Source: Catajapyx aquilonaris (lineage: Eukaryota). From it: 44,673 nucleotides of DNA. Below the pieces are notes generated by a model. It saw nothing but the letters and a program-made list of their open reading frames with translations. It did no database searches and was not told the DNA's origin. The DNA is taken from assembly GCA_000934665.2 (NCBI GenBank), contig JYFJ02003247.1:1-44673 (forward strand), given 5' to 3'. Positions within the stretch are counted from its first letter, which is position 1; every line of letters starts with the position of its first letter. The position numbers were made by a program, and so were the translations under genes. Shown piece by piece: positions 23,101-35,400 of this stretch.

Positions 23101-26022
23101 CATATCTTATGCAATTATTATTTAACGTGCTTATTTTCAGAAAGCCACTCACCCGCAAATAGCAAGAGAGACACGTTTTATTAGAAGTGTAGTACACAAA
23201 GGAGATGTCATATCTAGAGATTACACTTCACAAACAGTGTGCATGATTCATAATCACATAACGAGCACGTCACCTTGTTAATCAAACTTGAACCATAGCT
23301 TCATGCAATGATATTAGCTTTTTAAAAATAAGCAAGAAAGAATGCAAAAAAATGAGTGTGAACTTAATTGCACCACCTGTGAATATATTAGGACTTTACC
23401 TTTGCTGTGATGACGCAGGCCAGAAAACTGCAAATCTTGTGTAAATCTGAAAATCATTACTACTCTAAAGTCAGAAGTTTTTGCAGAAGTTAGTGATGTT
23501 GGAGAATCAAGCAGAAATCAAAACTGGAAAAGCAGCATGTTTCATATCGTCTTTCAGACTAAAGAAGCCTCATTTTTAAGCACAGTATTTCAAAATACCC
23601 TCCACATATAGAGCATATACTAACATATCGGACATTTTGAAGAAATTTTCAAATAAAATACAAGATGCTTCATAAGCCAAACTTGATCTTAGGCGAACTT
23701 CTGGACATTGCATAAAGATGTCACATGGTCTTCAAAACTTCATCATCATCAGCGAAGAAATTGGCTTCAAACACAAGGTATAATAAAATAATGTCTTGCC
23801 TGGTATGCATCCCTTCACACAAAAACCTCTGACTTCCTCAATGAAAATTTAAGGTTACCAATTTTAATTTGAACAGTGATTTCATAATAAGGTGTCACAG
23901 GTAAGTACCAAGGTGATGGAAGTGTCGCAGGCTGTAGCTGTTACATAGCAAATATGGTGTCACTCCCTTTTTTATTAATACTCATCACCTCAGTAGTGAG
24001 GCTGAGGAGACCACTATGACGACCACTATACATAGTGATCCTCTGGTGCCCCCCCCCCCCATAAGTTTGTGTGAATCATTATGAAACATTCTCCATGTAG
24101 GCATCATAACGTAAATAGGTCACATTAAAATACACTCAGAAAATATTATGCCACTGGGTTTTCTATACAATAACCTTTTGGTTCAAGGCCTTTTCTGGGT
24201 TCTTGTTTGATCATCATGCTCTTCCTGGCATGAAAAGGCATATTGAGCTACTAAACACAAGTTGATGAAGCAGGCTTATACTATGTATGTAAAAACTGAT
24301 ACGTGGTCATGGTTGAACTCCTTCCTTGCTCACATTGCACATGTTAATAATCTCGCATATAGTTCAGAAGGCTGCAATAACTTTGGCAGGGTCAGCGCTG
24401 TGGAGCCTGAAATATGTTTACATCTCTCTTTTGCAAAAACACAAGTAGTGTAACACATACATGCATATTAAGCAAAATATGAAGGAATAAACATATCATG
24501 GACGTGACAAGATGTAGGCCTACTACAGGAATCGTAAAGTTCTGAACAGTTGATAATATATTATGCTGAGTAGGTTTTTTTTCTGAAAATAAAATAACTC
24601 ACATCATATTTTACAAGATTTATTCCAAAATGGAAATACAAACTATATATATATGACACGTTGTGCATTTTAATATTATTCCAATTCAACAAGATAATAC
24701 CCTTCAACTATCCAGTGCCTAAAAATTCTGTGCTCCATATTCTGGCGGTTTTCCAATACACTATGTGTCAGAATACATGAAAATGTTATCACAGTATATC
24801 AGGCATGTCAGTACCAAATTTTTTTGTCCTTTGCACAGTACTACATTCCTCCTCATGGCTGGTACTTTCTTCCTCTTAATTTTCCAGAGAGGTTATCACA
24901 CAGCCTGATTTGGTCCCACATGAGTCCACATGATAACCAATTTGGAAGGGGCAAAGAGGTCTCTCATGGAGGGACCTGCATTGCAGATATATTGAGTCAT
25001 TCACTATGTCCCCCACCACTGGAATAGCTGTACCTCCTGGCTCCATCACTTGTAGTCCCATCACTTGTAGAACTGGGTGTCCCATTTTGTTTGGGTCAAG
25101 ATGATACAACACAACAGTAACCAATACTAAGTTACATAATCCCTTTGAAGAAACTGATCATTACGGTTTGACATCAGCTACTAGATTGTCTACTCAGACT
25201 ATAAAGATCATATTTGAAGGGAAATAAAACAATTTCCTTGTCCCGTTAATTAACCTTTGAATCCCATAAACAATACATGGCACAAAATTCCAGTTCCACT
25301 GGAAGCGCTCTCCTCATAAAATATCAAATTACAGGAAAGTAGGGATTACTCATCTTGTTTTCATATCTGACTTAACCACTACACAAGTTTTACTCTGTGG
25401 GTTTTTGTGCATCCACAAATGCATATGAACACTACAGTACAGCAGGTAAAAAAAAATGCACAGTTCAAAAGCGTCACTATCACTCTTTACAAAAATGCTT
25501 TCCAGAAAGAAGAATTCTTGAGTTAAATATAGAGTCACTCCCACATCTCACAAAGTACTGTACACATTTAAAAAATTAACAATCACACACATAACATACT
25601 GAACTGTACAATCACACACAACATTTAACTCACTTGACTGTTTGCGCTGTGTGCCGGAAACGAGATTGTGCCATCAAGAGTTGCACTTTTGCCCATTTAC
25701 ATGTCTCTAAAGTCCTTTGTAGATCATGTCACCAGTGCTTGTTCGTGTTTTTTTTTAAATATACAATAGGGCATTTTGAAGGTCCAGCTGGTCAGAGAGG
25801 ATCGCTCCAAGAGTCATCCTTAAAGTAATGATCATGCATTAGGTCTAACATGCTCTGATGAGCTTCGGGATAAACTGTTGAGCTAGTCAGACTAAACTGT
25901 AAACTACACATAGTGCAAATGATCTGTATTTGTACGCTCTCTAACCCCTGCGAAGTGACCTCCTTGGCAAAGCACTTTTTGCTCGAGTCCCCTCAGACAA
26001 CAATCTCGTCGCCGGCCACTAG

Positions 26023-26480
26023 TCAGACCGTGGTCTCACTCCTCCTCCCTCCGCTCCCAGCCCCAACTCCAGCCCCAGCAACTGGAGCTAGTCCCACACC
26101 TGCTCCTGTACCCCCAGCCCCACTCACACTTACCCCTCCTGCAGGCTTGAGGGGCTGCAGTTCCCTCTGTAGGCGGTCAAGATCATTGTAATACTCATGA
26201 TCTGATTCCTCCTCAGATGACCTTTGAGGGGTTAACTGCTGTGGATGGTGCTGTGGAGGTTGCAGGTGGTGCTGAGGATGCAGGTTGTGGAAGTGCACCT
26301 GGGGTTGGTGTTGCTGGTGCTGCGGATGTGGTGGATGTGGCTGAGACTGCCTGCCACCACCACTGCCTTGGTTCATTATGTGGTACTCTGGGTTGTCCAT
26401 AATGGTAGCAGAGCGATTGGCATTTATTGGAAGGAAGTCAGGGTAGCTACCAAAGGTGCCTCCATTACGGAAATCTGCAT
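26023..26480 (-). CDS. Egfr: Egfr terminal coding exon
   Basis: MDNPEY, His/Gln/Pro-rich stretch, SDHEYYNDL, ends ...RRSETTV*. Confidence 0.93.
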
Positions 26481-29400
26481 CTGAAAGCGGAAATGTTACA
26501 TTAGCACCGGTACTTGAATATCTTCAAATTTCAAGCAAAGTCAAAGTAATCATGTAACTGGTAATGAAACATGCATATGAGAAGCACGTGTCATTTAAAA
26601 ATGTGCTATTTCACTTCAACTTTTCTAATAAAATCTCTTTGTTATATGTAACTTACCAGCAGATTTGGAGTCCCCAATGAGATCCATGTAAGCTGAGGAG
26701 TTGGACGGCACTTGCTGCGGTGATGGCATCAGATAGTCATCGTCATCTAGAGGAAGATCCAGTTTCAAGCCTCCCACCATGGCTTCTCTTTTCAGGGCTG
26801 GATCATAACTTTCATCTGATGTGTCTGGGGGCAAGTCAGGCAAATCTTTCCCACATGTTCCGAAAAAAACATGCTCTATCAAAGGTGCACTTCAAGGAAA
26901 TAACCATGCAGGAAGAAATTTGCCCAACCACCACCACTTTCGCAAATACTCACCTCTTCCAACCATCTTGAGCGGGTCGCTGCAATACCTCGATGAGCCA
27001 TCATGAGTGTGGATGGAACCTGTGGGAGTCCCTCGACCGGCTTCTAGATGTGCATAGCGCCTTTCCCTGTTCCAGTTGTGCATGTTCTGGGGTGACTCTC
27101 CAGATGTGAATGCCCCAGGGCCACCAATTGGCGCACTGGGGATCCCCAGACCTGCCATCCCCAAGTCCTTGTTTGGAGTGCAAGGTGGTGAGCTTGAACT
27201 GGTGGTCGTATTTGTTATTTGAGGAACATTCGATCCCCGTGGTTGCAGGTACTCTTCAGCATCCATCAGCACTCCAGGTCCATCCATAGCTGACGAAAGG
27301 TTGCGGATAAGCTCCTTCTCATCCTAAAAGGTGAGAAAAAATTGAAGTTACATTATTGTTTGCAAAAGGTGATTACAGATTTCAATATGTATTGCACAAG
27401 TGCTTCAGAGTGATCATTTTTTAGGTGAAATACTGATAACAACATACACTTACTTGAGGTGTATACGAAGGAAGACGCATGAGTTGATCCCATTCGATGC
27501 AGAGATAGCGGGCAGGATCACGAGCCATCTTGGCAAACTCATCAGCCAGTTCTCGGAATGAGGGTCGACTCTCTGCATCCAACATCCAACACTTCACCAT
27601 CAACATGTAAACCTCAATTGTAGCAATCGTGGGCTGCTCAAGCCTCTCTCCTTTTTCAAGAAGATCAGGAACATCCCGAGCAACCACAGTGTCATATGGT
27701 CGCTTTCCATATGTCAGAAGCTCCCAAACAGTGACACCTGAAAATAAAGCCCATATTAGATCACCTTATGTAAGAGAAGACGAAAGCAAAATCTTGACGT
27801 GCAAAAGGTCATTCATTCTTTTCATAATAACTGACAAGTGGTGACTGCAAGGGTACATGAGCCAAAAAATTGAAGGAACCTTACCAAAGGCCCACACGTC
27901 GCTCTTATGGGTGAAAACCCGATGCTGAATACACTCCAATGCCAACCACTTGATGGGCATCTTCCCTCCAGCAGCCTTGTATGCATCTTCATCAATGTCA
28001 AGAAGCTTTGCTAGCCCAAAGTCAGTGATCTTAACGCAATTGGGATTTTGCACCAAGACATTTCTGGCAGCCAAGTCACGATGGACCAATCGCCTTTCTT
28101 CTAAGTATGCCATTCCTGAGAAATTAATTCATCAGTATAGAGAGTTTGCTAATGATGCAAGTAAATAAAATTATGTACAGTATTCCCTGCCTTTACTCGT
28201 ACAATTAGGGCTCGTGCAAATGGATGGACTCCACAAATTATGAAATAAATCATATGAATGCACAAATTACTTCATTTACCTTTCGCAATCTGGGTGCACC
28301 AATTTAGCAGAGGTTTGGACCCAATCTTGTTCTTGTTGTTCTTCACATAATCAAGGAGGCATCCTAATGGCATCAGTTGAGTCACAAGCATCATCTCTGA
28401 AGTCATGCACACTGCCAAAAGTTGGAGCAAGTTTGGATGCTCTACTGATGCCATGATGTACGCTTCTTCTAGAAACTCCTTGCTAATATTGGCCTCTGTT
28501 CGTTCCCTTAGTACCTTGATGGCCACCGGTATCTTCACATTCTCGCCTTCAGGAATCCATACTCCTTTATGGACTGTGCCAAAAGCACCATTTCCAAGGA
28601 ATCCACCACGTCGTAGCTCAGCTTCCTTAACTATCCTCAACTTCGCTAGGTTGGGCTTCATGTTGGTTGGACGGAGTGGCTCTGAGTCTTCATAACCACT
28701 CATCACCATGGTCATCTTGACAGTGTTTTCTTTGGCACGTGCCCTCTGCCGCCAGTGGTATCCAAACAGAGCCAGAAATATGCCAAGAAGGCAGACACAG
28801 CCAAAGACACCTCCAATTATGGCAGCCACTTGGTCATCCTCTCCTCTGAAATTCAGATATGTACTTATTGAATTCAAAGCAAGATGGACATTACTATTAG
28901 GAAATCAGGACGCAGCCAATGCAGCCCTGCAGCTCCTCTTTCCTAGTTTATTCGCTACATTCAATTCTACAAAATGCAAATAATCAAGCTGCAACAAGTC
29001 CATCATCAATCAGTCAACCATCACCAGTCATAAGTGAACCATCAGCCATCAATCTGCCCAGTGGTATCCAAACAGAGCCAGAAATATGCCAAGAAGAAAG
29101 ATACCTCCAATCATGGCAGCCACTTGGTCATCATCTCCTCTGAAATTCAGATGTACTTATTGAACTCAAAGCGAGATGGACATTACTATTAGGGAATCAA
29201 GCTGACCCAGCCAATGCAGCCATGCAGCTCCTCCTTCCTAGTTTATTCACAAAATTCAACTTGACAACGTACAAAATAATAATCAAGCTGCAACAACAAG
29301 TCCATAAGCAATCAGTCAACCTTCATTGGTCATAACTGAACCATCAGCCGTCAATCTGCCCCGTCATCAGTATACCATGCCCCACGAGGTACCGTATTTA

Positions 29401-32400
29401 CCAAGCTCAGTATGTTATGCTCCCGGGAAAGACCCTATTTCAGGCTTTGACGCATTGGGATGGACATTAATGTATGGAAATTGAGAGAATGATCTGATGT
29501 CATCACGGTTTCCATGGAAATACCATCACAGAACAATACGAGTAAACAGTGTCAACAAAAAGCAACAATGGAAGAAATGATGACGTCATATCGTTCTCTC
29601 GTTTTCCATACATTACAGTGTTGTTAGTTTTATTCTCCATGTTTGGATCACAATTTGGATAATACTTAGGTGGCACAAAGGCAAGAAAAAAGTTGAATCA
29701 CCCAAGCTAATAACACACCTCCCTCATGTTAGGACAGTAAACGTGCTTACAAATGCTTCTTTCCTTAATGAAATGGTGTGCCACCAAACAGAAACGATAG
29801 TCATTGCACAAGCTTTCATACTTACACACTCATTCTGCTGACAGCAGGTTCCTTGGCACAGTATGGGTCAGTGTGTTCTTCAGGAAGGATCTTGTGTGGA
29901 TATTCTGCTGGGCAGGCTGCAGTGCAGTTGAACTCATTGTTGTCATCCCTTTCACCTCCATCCTATTAGAGGTAGAGAGAATGTTATGCATCGGTTGTTA
30001 CCCTGATTGATGGAGGCAAGTTGTTCATAAATGCGCAAGACTTTACTTGTATCAGTTTGCCTACGTGAGGCAGATATGAGCATTTGGCAGAAAAGCACTA
30101 CAATTGTCTGACCTAATGTGCGGACAGTCCATAATTTCCTTACCATGTAGATGCGGTAGTTGCGGCATGAGACACATTGGTGTGGCATTGGACCATGACA
30201 CTCTCTGCACTCAGGGTGGCAAGGAAGACATTCATGAGAATCCTCATCCGCATAGTGCTCTCGAGGGCATTCATCTTCACACTGCTCTCCTCTTCGATAA
30301 CGAGCACACTCTTGGCACACCTGAACATGGAACCCATATGCAATGCAGCGCTTGCATCTTGGGTGGCATCGGCGGCAGATGGGCTTTCCTGCTAGGGCCT
30401 TTCGACTGCCTTGCTCCTGAGGCCCCATGTATTCAGGGTAGTAACCGTCTGGACAGTGCTCATCTTTCTTCAAGCAGCGCTGTGGGAGAAAAAACAGCCT
30501 CCTTTAGTTGAATATTTACCCTTACGAATCATCTGTGCTCTATTACGAGTACGTATTAGTGCTGTATTACGTAAGTTACATTTCTTACAAAATCAAGTAA
30601 CACAATCAATTGTGTGCATATATTCAGTGATAACACTATTTTCTATTGAAACACAAGGCATCTACCTTAATGCAATGTCTCACTGCTATTCATTTTAACT
30701 GGTAAGATAATTGAAATTAGTTAGCTAAAATTTTATCGTTCAAAATAATGACCACGACTACTTTCATTGGACCCAATGACAATGTGGGGATTTTGCATTT
30801 TCAGACTGTAATAAAATTAAAATGGAAAATATTACCTCAACAACATCTCCATTGATGACAGCTTTCTCACATGAGTTGCATCCATCTGGCCCAACAGTGT
30901 TCTTGGGACCTTTGCACCCTTCAATGCAGTTTTCATGGCAAGGAAGACATTCACCGGCACTGCCATACTTGGTGATGGGACATTCCGCTACACAGAAAGG
31001 TCCGTCACGAACTTGGCGGCAGTGGGTGCATTTGCCAGGACCTGGGCCAGAACATGTTCCATTGCACTGGTGGTGGCAATGCTTGCAAATGCCTGGCTCT
31101 GCTTCATAAATTCTGAGGAGGAAAAGCAGCATATTGATAATGCACAGCTATTTATGAACTGGGTGCAAATTCAAGACAGGTAGGTACCCTGGTGTCTGAT
31201 TGCAACTCTGCACACAATGATCCACAAGCTTGTATCTTGCACAAGAGAGACATTCATCTGTGTTGGGTCCCCAGCATCCTTCAGTGGAGCACTGATCACT
31301 GCAGACTTTCCCTTGTGACTGACAAACTCCAGGATCCTGGTTGCTACGGATAAGAGTGTTGTGCTGGTAGGACCTAACAATTCGGGTCCAATTGATGCTG
31401 TCAGCAAAGCACAGGTTCTTATTCTCCAGAATGGACACTGCTCCAGAGCTTATCTTGTGCAAGGACCGGAGGTTTAGAGATTCCAAGGAAGTCTTCACAA
31501 TGTACAGGGCTGAGGAATATTCTGCATTGGTGCGGCCTCCAATAACCTCCAGATTCCTGCAACATCAAAAGTGTGTCATAAACACTAGAAATAAAACATT
31601 TCATACAAATACGCACCGAAAATAGGATAAGTTCTTAAAATCTGCATGAAATCCCTGTATGTCCAAGTGCCCAGTGATTTCCTTCAGTGTGCTAAAAACT
31701 TCCAAACGATCTGGATGCATCTTGGGATACCTCGGCCCAAAGGAGAAGTCAGAGTGGATGTGAAGGTAGCCGTCAAATGTGGTGTCCAAGATGGTGAGAG
31801 AGCCTTCAATTATGGTGCAGTCTTTGAAGCTGATGATGTTCTCAGAGTTGAGCTGAGAGACTCCTTGGCATGTCTTGGGGCATGGCCCATCACATGGCAC
31901 ACACTCTCCATTCATAGCCTAAATAATATGTCAATTGGTTTGTAAATATTTGTGAAATAACAATAAAATGAATAGACATTCTCACCTTTTTCTTGGGAGG
32001 GCACACCCGGACACAGGCACCATTGTCCTTCAGCAAATGATCTGGACAAGTCTTGACACAAGTGGCCCCATATGCATATTTTCCTTCCGGATTTGTCTCC
32101 CAAGAGTATGTGGTTGGATTGTACTTTTGCATTGCAGGGCATTCCTGCTTGCACACACCATCATCATAGAAGTTTCGGCATGCAAGGCAATCACTCTGCT
32201 TGGGTCCCTTGCAACCACCAGCACAGAATAAATGACAGCACTCCCGAGGATTTGGTCCAAAACAGCGCCCTTGGTAGCACTGAGGGCTGCAGTTGATTTT
32301 GGAAAATTTTTGGCAGTTCTCAGGCCCTTCGCCCCAGCACCCAGCTTCGCAGCTCTCGTTGCATGCAGGACACTCCCGCTCCGATTCCGTAAAATTGTAC

Positions 32401-35400
32401 CTGTACGTGTACCGTGCACCTGGTCCGGTTATAATCTCATCCCAGTTGATTGTCTTTATGTGGCAGAGATTATAGTTGTTGTAGATTCCAACACTGCCAA
32501 CCAGTATATCTGAAAGAGGAGTAATATCTGCATGTCACGACTAGTAATCCCACAAATTATCTCTAAATGCATTTACGCAAATGAAGAATTCACGTAATAA
32601 GTAATAACATTGTACCAGAATAAAGCAGTCCTATTGCAAAATGTAGCATTTAGTAATGTTATGAGAAGACAAGATTGCAGTTTATTTCATCAACAGCGAT
32701 AGCTTACTTATGCAATTTCTTTTTAAATACAAATACTCCTAAATGTACTGAATGGACAAGGATAGGAGCAAGAAAGGAGGTTGCAAGATTGATGGTAAAC
32801 CCAGGATTAATTACTTGGTCTTGGTTTACCATCAAGCAGCCGTGAATGTAAAGTAGACTTACCCCTGAGTGATGGTAACTCTAGGCTGTGCATTTTGGAC
32901 ATGGTAACCATAAGAGCAAATTCCTCCTCCTGCACACTGACCCTAAAAAGGGTCCTCCCCCGAATTATCTGCAGCCTGGGAAGAATAATCCGCTTCACAT
33001 CTACATGAGATATGAGCACGTATCCGGTCACCTGCATAGAGACATATCAATTAAGTCTCTTATCGACTAGGCAACAAAGAAAGAACGGATCAATTGAAGC
33101 CCCCTGTACACAAAACACACCTCCCGGATGAATTGCAGGAAAGAGAGATCAATGTTCTCATCTCGAAGCCACGTAAGCTCCAGGTTGCCGTCCACGTAGG
33201 TGCAGTTGCTGTACCTCTCCAAGAGATTACGGTAGTGGTTGTCCCTGTTGGACGGCACTGACATGCGGTCATTGGTTCCGATGCAAACTGCAATAAAAGA
33301 GAATACCATTGTTCAAAAACTATACACTTATTTTTTGTATTTATTTACTCCCCCAAAGAACACCACATCAACAACAACAGCAGCAAAGCCCCTATCGGCG
33401 AATAAGCCGGACGCATGATGCAGGATCAGGTTAGGTAGCATTCCAGAATTTGGAACCTGCCTCCGTGCACTTACAGCACACTCACACCTGACTTTTTACT
33501 CTCGCGACAAAAATAATGGCACGTTCAAATGGCCACGCCGGACTTTCACTCCAGAATACCGAAGGCGGCAAAGTAAAGCCTTGACCAACTTGGCCTCTAT
33601 CTACCTTTTGTCTCAACATATCCAAAGCAGGGCCATCGAGACATATTTAAAAATGTGACCATATTTTTTTACCATTAAAAAATATGGTGCTCATGCACAT
33701 GTTACATGTTGAACGTAACTTTCAACATTTGACCTAAAGAAGAGAAGAAGGTGCGCCCTCCCACCTGCTTGCTTTGCTTCCAAAGAGAGGCGGAGTGCGG
33801 ATGCTGTTGCCAGGACAGCACCACCCATTAAATAAGTGGGCTAAATGTTTCTGGGCTGGAAGTACGGTGGGAGTTAAGGGTCACGGGAGATGCATGTGTG
33901 GGAGGAGGGGCTTCCAAGTATTGGCGTGAATAAGCTGGCCATAGGGGCTGCTGAAGATGATGGCAGGCGCCAAGAACCGGCCAAAAGCTGGCTGGCGTAA
34001 GAGGACTTCCTCTCGAGAAAGGTATATGGATGAAAATTACCCGCCAGTCTATAATTTGCTCTCCGGGAGGCGAGAGATTAATTTTTTTTTATGCGTCACG
34101 ATTTTGGCTCAAGCGATGTGCATCATTAAGTATGCATGTGCACCACGCAACTCATGCATGAGGGATCACCGTCAACGCCATCAAACTTATTGACTCCTGG
34201 AATGCCAGGTCAACCACTGGAAACACATAACTTATCCGCAACCACTTTCAGCAAGACGGAAAATAAAACGACCTCTGTCACAACCACAAAGACCTTGAGT
34301 AGTGAGCAAAAGCTTCTATATATTTTTTTTCTTCATCTTTCCGCGCCTTCTCTTCAAAGACGTGGCAACCATGACGCGGATATCCATAGAAAATTTTAAT
34401 TTTACATGCGGCGGAGTTGCCTTCCACTTGCAATAAATTCGGCACGACCGCAGCAGAGTAAAGCATTTGTCAAACTTTCCTGCATTTCCTCGTACTCGCC
34501 CTTCACCTACGCAAATACTAGGATTTCTAAACGCGTCCTACGTACGCACACAGATGAAGACTCCAACGCATGAATGAGCCTGCCTCTTCCAAGGATTTCT
34601 AAGTGTACACACTAACAGCCTATAATGTGATCCAGTACCGTTAGAATCTTCTGATATACACCTTACCCCCGAGTTGAAAGTTTCCTTTGAAAACTGGGCA
34701 TAAAAAGGTCCTATATCATCTTCCCTAGGGATCCCCCCCTGAGAAGAAAGGCTTTCTGAGGACAAAAAAGAAAGGTTATGAAATGGAGCAAGGAAGAGGT
34801 TAGGCGGGTCTGCTTCTGGTCTTGTTGAGCAAAAGAAGAAGAGGGGGCACATCTTTTTATCGTCACCGAAAATCTTGGCCGGAGCAGGAGCTGGAAGGTG
34901 CGGACACCGATTCCTATCCCAGCTAGAGGCCCCAGCTGCACACCGTTGGGGGGTTCTCCAAGGACTACCACTCACTGGCCCTCAGTTAGGTAAAAAGCGC
35001 CCTCAGGATATCCACCTCCTTCATATAGGCCCTGTTTACTATGATCATGCAGCAAGTACACACAACTCTCAGCACGGAGCCCACAGCCACCCTTTCTCCT
35101 TACAGCAATAAATCGCGGCTGATCCTGTAAGTGATGAGCTTCTTCGCGCTTTTTCTGCACCCATTTGTGGTCAGCCACAGAGTAAATGCAAGGACACCTC
35201 TTTTTGTCACAACCGTGTGGATTATAAGCATTCCGGAAATTATGACCGTATAGAAATGCACAACCGGCGATTCTAATGGATCAGACGCATTACTTGGAGA
35301 GAGCCCATTAGTTTACCCTCTCACTAAATTCTAACAAGTTGCAAAAGACAGCACGAGGGCCCGGGCAATATGTCTAATCCTCCCCTGCCAGCTACTTTTC

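Noticed and set aside
26892..32513. Many alternative-frame and antisense ORFs overlapping Egfr exons
   Set aside because: Shadow ORFs of the real coding frame
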